This document shows, piece by piece, positions 1-7,546 of a stretch of 25,492 nucleotides of DNA. Source of the stretch: a virus. Its lineage: Duplodnaviria; Caudoviricetes. Each line of letters begins with the position of its first letter. Within the stretch, counting starts at the first letter, position 1. The position numbers were made by a program, and so were the translations under genes. The notes under the pieces were generated by a model, which was not told the origin of the DNA, ran no database searches, and saw only the letters and a list, made by a program, of their open reading frames with translations. The DNA is taken from positions 1 through 25,492 of IMG/VR virus record IMGVR_UViG_3300037484_000954; one strand, given 5' to 3'.

Positions 1-92
1 CACATAGCAGCACGATAATTATTGTAGTGAGAAAAAGAAACGATCACCAACATGCCGAAACGCTTCCCTTTCATCTCAATTCTTTTCGCCAT
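1..92 (-). CDS. 5' part of an HNH-type homing endonuclease-like gene (runs off the window)
   Basis: Manual translation from ATG at 92 gives MAKRIEMKGKRFGMLVIVSFSHYNNYRAAM, with SD AAAGGAG upstream. The G-x-RFG-x-L-x-V/I N-terminus matches the ORF at 4073-4615. Confidence 0.55.
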   Translation of the reverse strand, partial: MAKRIEMKGKRFGMLVIVSFSHYNNYRAAM

Positions 93-115
93 GGGGATCT
101 CCTTTTGAAATTAAA

Positions 116-184
116 GCCCCCGGAGGTGGTTGCCGCGCCACACGGCTATCCGACCCAGCTCCTTTGTTGGATTCCTCCGGGGGC
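116..184. other. Intergenic structured element: perfect 11-bp inverted repeat enclosing two smaller hairpins
   Basis: GCCCCCGGAGG (116-126) pairs with CCTCCGGGGGC (174-184). Inner stems are GCCG..CGGC and ATCCGAC..GTTGGAT. Confidence 0.5.
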
Positions 185-193
185 AGGGGCATC

Positions 194-367
194 TTACGTC
201 TCTTTCTTCGTCCGGGGCTTCCTTGGTTTGGCAAACATGGACAGAATTGCAACACCGATCTTCTTGGCGTCCTTCCCTTCGATGACGATCTCTTTGATTT
301 TATCGTTTTCGGACCCTTCCACTAAAAATCCGTTTTCCTTTTCGATTACGAAAACTCTTGGCATCAT
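194..367 (-). CDS. Small hypothetical protein (57 aa)
   Basis: MMPRVFVIEKENGFLVEG..., with SD AAGGAGG immediately upstream of the ATGs at 367/364. Confidence 0.6.
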   Translation of the reverse strand: MMPRVFVIEKENGFLVEGSENDKIKEIVIEGKDAKKIGVAILSMFAKPRKPRTKKET

Positions 368-427
368 GTCCTCCTTTTTTATGGAGCCTCTTCTCATCCG
401 GCTCACTGACCGGCCTCGGGGCGATTT

Positions 428-631
428 TTATTTTTTGTCTTTTCCTACCAGCTCGAAATTCACGACGGCTTGGAAGTAGCGCCGGATTATTAAATGCAAC
501 GGGATTTCGATGCGACTGGCGATGGAGCGTGCCGTCATCCTTGGAGCCGATACTTCGACCTCGGCCATGCTTCGGAATGACCTGATCGCCTGTACAGGAA
601 GATCCGGAACACGAAACGTCGGGGCTTCCAT
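428..631 (-). CDS. Hypothetical protein (67 aa)
   Basis: Its ATG overlaps the TAA of the upstream gene (TAATG coupling). No recognisable motif. Confidence 0.4.
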   Translation of the reverse strand: MEAPTFRVPDLPVQAIRSFRSMAEVEVSAPRMTARSIASRIEIPLHLIIRRYFQAVVNFELVGKDKK

Positions 632-1341
632 TACTTCACCCAGGCGGGTTTCGTCGCTTGTTTCACGCCGGGGATCGTTCCCTGCGTGGCCTCGGCCTTC
701 GCCGGCTCAGTTTTGGCCGGCTCCGGATCGCCTTTCACCCATGCCGGCTTCGGGCCCGAGGCGGCGCCAGCTTCCGGCTCCGGAGGAAGGGGCTTTCCTG
801 ACAGGAGGCAGCCCTCGGGATCCGCGAACACCTGGTCAAACCGTTCGTCATCCATCGTGACGATCCTCTTAATGCTGTTATTCAAGTATCTCTTTCCGGA
901 ATCGTTGGGCTTACTCCACTCGCATCCGACGACGACCGGAAAAACCATCGACCGGAGATCAGAGAAATCGTTGATGATGCGGGCTTTCGTCGCCTCGGGG
1001 CTGGTGTCTTTCGGACTGATGTGCCGCGCAGCCTCGACTATGGCGCGCAAGGTCCGCATCGAGATCGAGATCGCTTGCTGGCTTTTTTCCGTGGCGGCCT
1101 TGGTGTACGAAAGCATAAAATTTTGCCAAATCTTTCTCTCCTTGAACTTCGGGGAAATCACCGTGAACTCCATATCAAGGAATTCATATCCCGATGACGC
1201 AGCCGTGAAGAGGGGATTGACCGTGCCTTGCTTTGACGCTTTCGGTTCGCGGACGTCTGCGCAGACTACCACTACCGAGTCTTCCGGGATTGGCCCAGCG
1301 CCTGATCCCTGTTCTGACGCCTCATTGAAATCAATACCCAT
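631..1341 (-). CDS. Phage ssDNA-binding-type protein (DUF669-like)
   Basis: MGIDFNEA..PIP N-terminus, YEFLDMEFTV..RKIWQNF core, and a Pro/Ala-rich tail ending in KPAW repeats. It lies downstream of a Sak4-like gene and has SD AGGAGG. Confidence 0.65.
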   Translation of the reverse strand: MGIDFNEASEQGSGAGPIPEDSVVVVCADVREPKASKQGTVNPLFTAASSGYEFLDMEFTVISPKFKERKIWQNFMLSYTKAATEKSQQAISISMRTLRAIVEAARHISPKDTSPEATKARIINDFSDLRSMVFPVVVGCEWSKPNDSGKRYLNNSIKRIVTMDDERFDQVFADPEGCLLSGKPLPPEPEAGAASGPKPAWVKGDPEPAKTEPAKAEATQGTIPGVKQATKPAWVK

Positions 1342-1354
1342 TTCTGCTTCCTCC

Positions 1355-1930
1355 TTAGAGTAGGTAGCCCATCTCCTGCATGAACTTCACGGGGTGCTTT
1401 GCAGATTTTTTTCGATTACAGGTGGGGCAAAGAAGTTGAATGTTGCGAATGAAATTTGATCCGCCCTTTGCCAGCGGAATGATGTGGTCCCGGTGATATC
1501 CCGCATCAATGCTCTTCCTACAAGCCGCACATAGATATTTTTGGCGGGCCAGCAACTGCTTTACTTCTTCCGCGGTGTGGCTTCCCTCGGCGTCGCGTTT
1601 TCTCGCCCTCCTGTTGGCACTCCTGTTGGCATTCGACTCGCGCATCTTTTCTGGATTGGCGCGTTCCCACGCAATTATTGTGGCGCGCATCTTTTTTTGA
1701 TTAGCCTTCCTCCATGCGGCAGTTCTGGCCTTGGCTTTGTCTGGGTTAGCGGCGGCCCATGCGGAAGCCGCGGCACGGGATTTCTCCGGGTAGGCTTTTT
1801 GCCATGCAGAGATGGTGGCATGAACCCTTTCCGGGTTCGCTTTTCTATACGCAGCTTTATTGGCGCGGAGCCTTTCTTTGTTCGCCTGGTAATGCGCCGC
1901 GTTGTATGCTCTTTTTTCTTCTTTCGTCAT
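1355..1930 (-). CDS. HNH endonuclease (homing-type)
   Basis: CAAC...HRDHIIPLAKGGSN...NIQLLCPTCNRKK, preceded by basic helical W/Y-x-x-ANPE repeats. Confidence 0.9.
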   Translation of the reverse strand: MTKEEKRAYNAAHYQANKERLRANKAAYRKANPERVHATISAWQKAYPEKSRAAASAWAAANPDKAKARTAAWRKANQKKMRATIIAWERANPEKMRESNANRSANRRARKRDAEGSHTAEEVKQLLARQKYLCAACRKSIDAGYHRDHIIPLAKGGSNFIRNIQLLCPTCNRKKSAKHPVKFMQEMGYLL

Positions 1931-2730
1931 GACGCCTTCTTGTCGCCTTTCTCTGGCTTCACATAGCCGCCCTTGGTGGCGGTTTCGAGTGCGGTGTGAA
2001 AGGCTCCGTATGTTTCATCCTTCCCGATGAAAATTTCGTCCGGCAATCCCCATCGGTTCTTCGCGTCCCATGCCGGCCGCTCCGTGGTGTAGATCACCCG
2101 ATCGCCGGATCCCGTGGCCCGGGTGCGATCCTTTCCAAATCCCTTGTCCTCTTTCCTGATGGCGATTTTGTACGTCAAGAACGTCACGATATCGGCCCAC
2201 TCGGACCACAGACCCAGCGCGCGCTTGTGGAGGCGCATCTGATAGCGATCGTATTGATCGCTGTCCGGGGGCGTTACGGTTTTTACTTCGGAATGCGCCA
2301 GAAGGACGACGTGCATCCCCTTGTTGGCGCGCAGGGAATCGAAGCCTCCCATGACGACCCGCCAGTATTTATCAGCCTCGAGATACCCCTTTCCGTAGCC
2401 CTTTAATACTTGTTCGATCGATTCCGCTCCGTGCTCACGACATGTTTCAGTCCATATCAGCGGCTCAAGCCAATCCAGCGAATCCACCACCAACGTCTTG
2501 AAGGTGTGATCCCCATGAAGCGCGGTGATGGCATCGACAATCGCCTGATAATTCGTTGCCAGGTCCGGGAAGGTGTTCACGTCGATCGCGTGGGCTCCGT
2601 CCTCGGTTCGCAAGAGGATCGGATCCGGGAACGTGGCGCCGAAGGTTGTTTTGCCGATGCCTTGGACACCAATCACGACGATTTTTTGTGGAGGCACGAA
2701 AGCATTCGCCTTTCGGATTTGGTCAAGCAT
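1927..2730 (-). CDS. Sak4-like AAA_24 ATPase / ssDNA-annealing recombinase
   Basis: Walker [10 protein letters not shown], Walker [12 protein letters not shown], plus GYGKGY, VLLAHS, EWADIV and AKNRWGLP motifs. Confidence 0.88.
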   Translation of the reverse strand: MLDQIRKANAFVPPQKIVVIGVQGIGKTTFGATFPDPILLRTEDGAHAIDVNTFPDLATNYQAIVDAITALHGDHTFKTLVVDSLDWLEPLIWTETCREHGAESIEQVLKGYGKGYLEADKYWRVVMGGFDSLRANKGMHVVLLAHSEVKTVTPPDSDQYDRYQMRLHKRALGLWSEWADIVTFLTYKIAIRKEDKGFGKDRTRATGSGDRVIYTTERPAWDAKNRWGLPDEIFIGKDETYGAFHTALETATKGGYVKPEKGDKKAS

Positions 2731-3298
2731 CGGGCGCCTCCTTTTCCTTGGGCTCCACCCCGAGGGCCTCCCGGTACTTAACGGCGTATTCCCCGAACCC
2801 CGCCGCCTCGAGAACCTCGAGCACGCGCAGGAAGCCCTGCCCGTGGCGCTCCTGAATCACGCCCCAGCAATAGCGGTGCACGACGACCTGGCCGATCATG
2901 GCCCACTCGGCCTCGGTGAACGTCTCGACCGGCTGCTGGTAGATCAGCGCGAGGAAGAAGTCGTGGTTGTCGACGTAGTTTTTCGCGCCCCTCAGGTCCG
3001 CGCCCGTCAGGTACGCGCCCCTCAGGTCCGCGCCCCTCAGGTGCGCGCCCGTCAGGTCCGCGCCCCTCAGGTCCGCGCCCCTCAGGTACGCGCCCCTCAG
3101 GTACGCGCCCGTCAGGTACGCGCCCCTCAGGTCCGCGCCCCTCAGGTACGCGCCCGTCAGGTACGCGCCCCTCAGGTCCGCGCCCGTCAGGTCGGTCTCG
3201 GCCTTCACGGCGGCCTCGAGGGTGAGCTTCAAGGTCTCCGTCTCGAGGGAGAACAGGACGCTCCCACTGAAGCGGTGCTTGATCTCGAAGGGTTTCAT
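2723..3298 (-). CDS. Pentapeptide-repeat protein
   Basis: Starts [17 protein letters not shown] at 3298 (ATGA overlap with the upstream stop, SD GGAGG). Contains 14 [DYH]L[TR]GA repeats. Confidence 0.85.
   Translation of the reverse strand: MKPFEIKHRFSGSVLFSLETETLKLTLEAAVKAETDLTGADLRGAYLTGAYLRGADLRGAYLTGAYLRGAYLRGADLRGADLTGAHLRGADLRGAYLTGADLRGAKNYVDNHDFFLALIYQQPVETFTEAEWAMIGQVVVHRYCWGVIQERHGQGFLRVLEVLEAAGFGEYAVKYREALGVEPKEKEAPDA
2984..3193 (-). repeat. 14 tandem copies of a 15-bp unit (G/T/C)AC CTG A(C/G)G GGC GCG
   Basis: Read directly from the sequence. Only two nucleotide positions vary across the 210 bp. Confidence 0.95.
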
Positions 3299-3747
3299 TC
3301 GGGCGCCTCCACCGGTTTGAATTCCAGTTTCGGATCGCTGGGGGTGACGGTGCGCGCCGGCGCAAAGACGGCCTGGATGTTCTTGGGATAGGCGCCGTAT
3401 TCCTTCTCGCCGACCTTGAATTCGGCCTTCATCCAATCGAAAGGGTTGTCGCCGGTGGATTGGATCACGTGAAACACCCCAAAAAGCTTTTCCTGATCCC
3501 AGCGGATTCTTTTCGAGATCGTTTCTGTGACCTTGTACCCGTCCCTGGTAATGTGTACCGCTCCGAATTCCTTTTCCTGCAGCTTGCGGATTGCCGTCAG
3601 ATCCACGGTGAGCAGATCCATGATGGCCTTGTCCGCGTTCGCCACTTGCTCCCTCACGATGGCGAGGGCCGGTTCGATGGATGCCTGAATTTCTTGCGCC
3701 TCCTGTTGCAACTTCGCCTTCAATTCCAGCAAAACCTTTAGGCCCAT
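3295..3747 (-). CDS. Hypothetical phage protein, first gene of the leftward recombination operon
   Basis: 150 aa with SD GGAGG. Coiled-coil N-terminus followed by [23 protein letters not shown], a protein type often found upstream of Sak4 genes. Confidence 0.75.
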   Translation of the reverse strand: MGLKVLLELKAKLQQEAQEIQASIEPALAIVREQVANADKAIMDLLTVDLTAIRKLQEKEFGAVHITRDGYKVTETISKRIRWDQEKLFGVFHVIQSTGDNPFDWMKAEFKVGEKEYGAYPKNIQAVFAPARTVTPSDPKLEFKPVEAPE

Positions 3748-3810
3748 TCCCTTCCTCCGTTCCTCGTGGCGTTTATTGGTTTTACGCCTTTGAGGATCAT
3801 GGTGGGAAAC

Positions 3811-3884
3811 ATATTGCTATCGAAAAAACAGAATGTCAAGAAATATATTGACACCCTCGATTTTTTATCGTACCGTGATTTTCC
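3811..3884. promoter_or_regulatory. Back-to-back sigma70-like promoters
   Basis: TGTCAA (3834-3839), an 8-bp gap, then TTGACA (3848-3853). The rightward promoter is TTGACA-17-TACCGT (3871-3876). The leftward one is TTGACA-17-CAATAT. The region is an AT-rich divergent gap. Confidence 0.6.
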
Positions 3885-4076
3885 ATGAAGATAATCCTGA
3901 CAAAAAAACAGTGCCAAGCCTTGATTGACGCGGGTTTCCCCCGGCAGACAGTCGCCCTTTGGGTAAAAGGAACGAAGCCACGCACGGGAAACCTCATTCT
4001 CTTGAGGCAAATTCTCGGCAAGGATTTTTCAGGGAAAAACAGAAAACAGGCCGTCAAAGCAGACCTTCGCCGATGA
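3885..4076 (+). CDS. Cro-like helix-turn-helix protein (63 aa)
   Basis: LIDAGFPRQTVALWVKGTKPR fits an HTH recognition-helix pattern. It is the first gene after the divergent promoter. Confidence 0.65.
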   Translation: MKIILTKKQCQALIDAGFPRQTVALWVKGTKPRTGNLILLRQILGKDFSGKNRKQAVKADLRR

Positions 4077-4615
4077 AGAAATATTATGTCCCAATGGGCG
4101 AAATGGTGGGAAGCCGGTTTGGGCGGCTGCTGGTAGTTAAAAATCTTGGGAAAAAACCAAACCATACGCATACATTTCTTGAATGCATTTGTAGTTGTGG
4201 AGAAACGCATGTCGCATCAAGATCAAATCTCTTAAAAGGTGATTGTAATAGTTGTGGATGCTTGCAGAAAGAAATAACGGCGGCACGATCTACGACTCAC
4301 GGGCAACACAGGGATATATATAAAAACAGAATGTCTCCGATCCAGACAATTTTCAACTGCATGTACTGTAGATGCTATTTGAAATCCCACAAATATTACC
4401 ATTATTACGGAGGAAGAGGAATAAACATATGCGATGAGTGGTTGCATAACCGAAAATCGTTTTTTGATTGGGCCTTTGTTAATGGGTTCAAGGCGGGTTT
4501 AACCATTGACAGGATAGACAACAACAAAGGATATGAGCCCGACAATTGTCGTTTTGCAACTATGAAAGAACAGTCCAAAAACAAAAGACCAAGACAGGCG
4601 AGGATATTGCCATAA
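4073..4615 (+). CDS. HNH-type homing endonuclease-like protein
   Basis: GSRFGRLLVV, CICSCG, SCGC, YGGRGINICDEW and LTIDRIDNNKGYEPDNCRFAT motifs. ATGA overlap at 4073. Lower GC than its flanks. Confidence 0.85.
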   Translation: MKKYYVPMGEMVGSRFGRLLVVKNLGKKPNHTHTFLECICSCGETHVASRSNLLKGDCNSCGCLQKEITAARSTTHGQHRDIYKNRMSPIQTIFNCMYCRCYLKSHKYYHYYGGRGINICDEWLHNRKSFFDWAFVNGFKAGLTIDRIDNNKGYEPDNCRFATMKEQSKNKRPRQARILP

Positions 4616-6315
4616 TTCTTCGACCCTATCAAAAGCGGGTTGTGGACAACGCCGAGAAGGCCCTGCGAGCACGGGGAAACACGCTCGTTATGTCGCCTAC
4701 CGGGTCCGGGAAGACCGTCATGATGGCGTCTCTTTGTGGCCGGATCGGCGGCCGTACCCTAGTGCTTCAACATCGGGACGTACTCCTGTCACAGAATATG
4801 TCTCGGTTTCAGAAAACAAGCCCTCTCCGAAGCGTTTCCGTCTTCAATGCAAGTGAAAAATCATGGCGAGGGGATACCGTATTTTCAATGGTTCCCACCC
4901 TTGCGAGGCACCTAAATACGATCCCCGCGATCGATCTTATCCTACAGGATGAATGCCATCACCTTCCCGCGGAGTCGTTCGGTAAAGTCATCGCCGCCGC
5001 AAGAGAGAGAAACCCCGAGGTGATGCTGGGGGGATTCACCGCAACACCGGCGCGCGCAGACCGTCGATCCTTGCGCCGGTTCTTCGATAACGTGGCCGAC
5101 AAGATCACCCTACGTGAATTAATTGCCCAGGGGTTTCTGGTCCCGCCACAAGCCTTTGTGGTGGACCTTGGGGTGCGCGATCAACTTGATGCGGTGAAAA
5201 CGTCCTCGGACTTCGGCGATCAATCCGAGGTAGCCAATATTCTCAACACGATTCCCATGAATGAAAGTGTCGTGCGGAACTGGCAAGAAAAGGCCGAGGG
5301 AAGACAAACAATTATTTTCGCGGCGACTGTGCAGCACGCGCGAGACGTGGCGAAGGCGTTCAACGACGCTGGCATCAAAACCGAAGTCATCACCGGAACC
5401 ACGGTAGACAGCGACCGAAGGGCGCTTCTTGCTCGATTTGATAATAGGCAAACCCGAGTCATCGTAAACTGCGCGGTTCTGACCGAAGGATTTGACAGCC
5501 CCATCGCGTCATGCATTGTGCTCCTTCGGCAGACCAGCTCAAAATCTCCACTCATACAAATGGTCGGCAGAGCATTAAGAATTATTGACCCTGAATTGTA
5601 CCCAGGCGCCGTAAAGAAAGATGCCTTGGTCCTCGATTTCGGCACATCGATCCTGATTCACGGCGACTTGGAGGCAGAAGATGGCCTCCATAAAGAACGC
5701 AAGCCCATCGAGGGAGAAGCAGTAGAAAAAACCTGTCCCACCGAGGATAAGGGCGTCTACATTTTCCCCGATCGCAACGGCAACATTGGCTGTGGCGCTA
5801 AAATTCCGGCGGGGTTTAAGGTTTGCCCGTTATGTGAATTTGAATTTCAGAAATTCGCCGAATTATCGCCAGAAGAAGTCAACCTCATAGAATTCGACCT
5901 GGTAGCGCAATCTCCGTTCCGCTGGGTGAACCTGTTCGACAGCGAGAACCTGATGATGGCGACGGGGTTTTCAGCCTGGGCCGGTATCTTCACCCTGGAC
6001 GGCGATACCTGGCATGCCCTGGGGAAGCTGTCGCTCGAAAAACCGATTCACAAGCTGGCCGTGAGCGGCCGGCTGCAAGCCCTCGCCGCGGCCGACGATT
6101 TCCTGCGTCGATATGAAACGGACGACGCCGCGAAGAAGGGGAGGGGCTGGCTGAGTCAGCCGGCGACCCCGAAGCAGCTCGGGCTGTTGCGCAGCCTCGG
6201 GTACGACGTGCCGGCCGACGTCCTGGGACATTCGCAGTACACGAAATATTCCGCGTCCTGCCACACGAATTTTAGCTTCAATCGACATTCCATCGAAAAA
6301 GCCCTGGGGGTGTGA
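4612..6315 (+). CDS. Superfamily 2 DExH helicase with a C-terminal Zn ribbon (start uncertain: ATA 4612 or TTG 4546)
   Basis: LRPYQ, SPTGSGKT, DECHH, GFTATP, LTEGFD and QMVGRALR motifs, then CP..CG..CPLC. Confidence 0.92.
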   Translation: MILRPYQKRVVDNAEKALRARGNTLVMSPTGSGKTVMMASLCGRIGGRTLVLQHRDVLLSQNMSRFQKTSPLRSVSVFNASEKSWRGDTVFSMVPTLARHLNTIPAIDLILQDECHHLPAESFGKVIAAARERNPEVMLGGFTATPARADRRSLRRFFDNVADKITLRELIAQGFLVPPQAFVVDLGVRDQLDAVKTSSDFGDQSEVANILNTIPMNESVVRNWQEKAEGRQTIIFAATVQHARDVAKAFNDAGIKTEVITGTTVDSDRRALLARFDNRQTRVIVNCAVLTEGFDSPIASCIVLLRQTSSKSPLIQMVGRALRIIDPELYPGAVKKDALVLDFGTSILIHGDLEAEDGLHKERKPIEGEAVEKTCPTEDKGVYIFPDRNGNIGCGAKIPAGFKVCPLCEFEFQKFAELSPEEVNLIEFDLVAQSPFRWVNLFDSENLMMATGFSAWAGIFTLDGDTWHALGKLSLEKPIHKLAVSGRLQALAAADDFLRRYETDDAAKKGRGWLSQPATPKQLGLLRSLGYDVPADVLGHSQYTKYSASCHTNFSFNRHSIEKALGV

Positions 6316-6326
6316 AAGGAGGTTTA

Positions 6327-6386
6327 GGCGAGGCAGGGTCAGGCGGGGCAGCGCGCGGCAAGGCTCGGTCAGGCTTGGCGAGGCAA
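6327..6386 (+). repeat. GGY-NN pentamer tract 1 (12 units), candidate guide RNA
   Basis: Strict 5-nt phase. NN = GA AG CA GG AG GC AA TC CA TT GA AA, with one CGC variant triplet. Confidence 0.85.
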
Positions 6387-6408
6387 CCATTACTTAAAAG
6401 GAGGACGT

Positions 6409-6702
6409 ATGAACAAAGCTCTTCGTGAAAATGTCCAGTTACTTGCAACAGATTCACTCGAAACCATTCGCGGGGCCATCCTCGGAAAAGCCGAAATGAA
6501 CGACAAGGTAAAGGAAGCGATCCGTATGGTGGCCCTCGGCGTAAAGGTGGAGCACATGACCCAGGTGCTCGAGCAATCCAATCGATCATTCGCACTCAGG
6601 CTGATTCCGTACCTCCCGAAAACATTAGATCGGGATGAATACATCAAGATCACGAATCCGCAAATCGCCCCGTTGATGCTGGCAAGGCCAAAAAAACCAT
6701 AA
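6409..6702 (+). CDS. Hypothetical protein (97 aa) between pentamer tracts
   Basis: Strong SD AAAGGAGG. Its stop directly abuts tract 2. Confidence 0.8.
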   Translation: MNKALRENVQLLATDSLETIRGAILGKAEMNDKVKEAIRMVALGVKVEHMTQVLEQSNRSFALRLIPYLPKTLDRDEYIKITNPQIAPLMLARPKKP

Positions 6703-6782
6703 GGCGCGGCGAAGCCAAGCCAGGCGTGGCCTGGCGTGGCCGGGCCAGGCCCGGCAGGGCAAAGCACGGCGAGGCACGGCAA
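6703..6782 (+). repeat. GGY-NN pentamer tract 2 (16 units)
   Basis: NN = GC GA CA CA GT CT GT CG CA CC AG AA AC GA AC AA, with three AGC variant triplets. Confidence 0.88.
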
Positions 6783-6797
6783 GGAAATTTCTTTGGC

Positions 6798-6867
6798 GGC
6801 TCGGCAGGGTAAAGCGATGCTGGGCGTGGTCTGGCGTGGCAAGGCGTGGTCTGGCGTGGCGAGGCAA
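6798..6867 (+). repeat. GGY-NN pentamer tract 3 (14 units)
   Basis: NN = TC AG AA GA TG GT CT GT AA GT CT GT GA AA. Separated from tract 2 by the 15-nt linker GGAAATTTCTTTGGC. Confidence 0.88.
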
Positions 6868-6890
6868 ACTACAAACCGAAAGGAGAAAAG

Positions 6891-7469
6891 ATGAAGATCA
6901 CAAAGATTAAGATCGGGCTCGAGGGGCTTTCCGATATTATGTTCGACCGCTTTTTCGATCATTCCGGGGAGGATCGCCCCCCCGAAAGGAAACTATACCT
7001 GAACGAAAAAAGCGAAGTCGTCTTGCCGGCAGAGTGCATATATTCCTTCCTGTTCCGCGATTCGGCGCCCGTGGGCGTTATTCGATTCGTGGAAAAGCGG
7101 GGAGCAAAAGACTACTTGGCGCTCGGCCAGGCCCACCTATCCATCGAGCCAGTCCTGATCTCGTTCCTGAAAAAAGATAAGCCGATCAAGTTTGAGAAAT
7201 TCGGCCCCGATTCGCCGTTCTATGTCAACGATTGGTCGGCAGGGATCACGAAATTGAGCGGAGGAAAGGTCATCAAGCAGGAAGTCCGAAAGCGCCCCAT
7301 CCTTCGGTTGCCGTGGTCCTTGGCCTTCGAGATAAATTTATTCCCAAACGACAAAGTGACGCCAGAAAAACTCCACTCATGGTTTGAGGTTGGAGGCTTA
7401 GTCACGGCGCTTGGAACGTATCGGCCAAGACACGGGAGATTCATGGTGAAGGATTGGGATGTTTCTTGA
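6891..7469 (+). CDS. RAMP/Cas7-like RRM-fold protein (192 aa), candidate effector of the pentamer-repeat system (Vipr-like)
   Basis: SD AAGGAG with ATG at 6891. N-terminal strand KIKIGLEGLSDIMF, VVLPAECIYSFL (compare RAMP IPGSSLKG), and a C-terminal Gly-rich loop GGLVTALGTYRPRHGRFMV. Flanked on both sides by GGY-NN tracts. Confidence 0.7.
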   Translation: MKITKIKIGLEGLSDIMFDRFFDHSGEDRPPERKLYLNEKSEVVLPAECIYSFLFRDSAPVGVIRFVEKRGAKDYLALGQAHLSIEPVLISFLKKDKPIKFEKFGPDSPFYVNDWSAGITKLSGGKVIKQEVRKRPILRLPWSLAFEINLFPNDKVTPEKLHSWFEVGGLVTALGTYRPRHGRFMVKDWDVS

Positions 7470-7476
7470 CCAATTC

Positions 7477-7531
7477 GGCGAGGTAGGGCTCGGCAAAGCC
7501 AGGCTGGGCGAGGCATAGCAAGGCGAGGCGT
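7477..7531 (+). repeat. GGY-NN pentamer tract 4 (11 units)
   Basis: NN = GA AG TC AA CA TG GA AT AA GA GT. Confidence 0.85.
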
Positions 7532-7546
7532 GGAGGTTTTTTTGGC

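Noticed and set aside
2984-3193. Pentapeptide array as a DGR template/variable repeat or as part of the pentamer system
   Set aside because: No reverse transcriptase is present, the variation is not adenine-specific, and the period is 15 nt and in-frame coding.
2573-3391. Alternative-frame repeat ORFs (QVRAP and GRGPE repeats)
   Set aside because: They are by-products of the stop-free 15-bp array. The pentapeptide frame has the SD and the coupling.
4073-4615. Group I intron or intein hosting the HNH genes
   Set aside because: The flanking genes appear intact and the HNH ORFs are free-standing, with overlapping start/stop codons. No splice-junction or intein motifs were seen.
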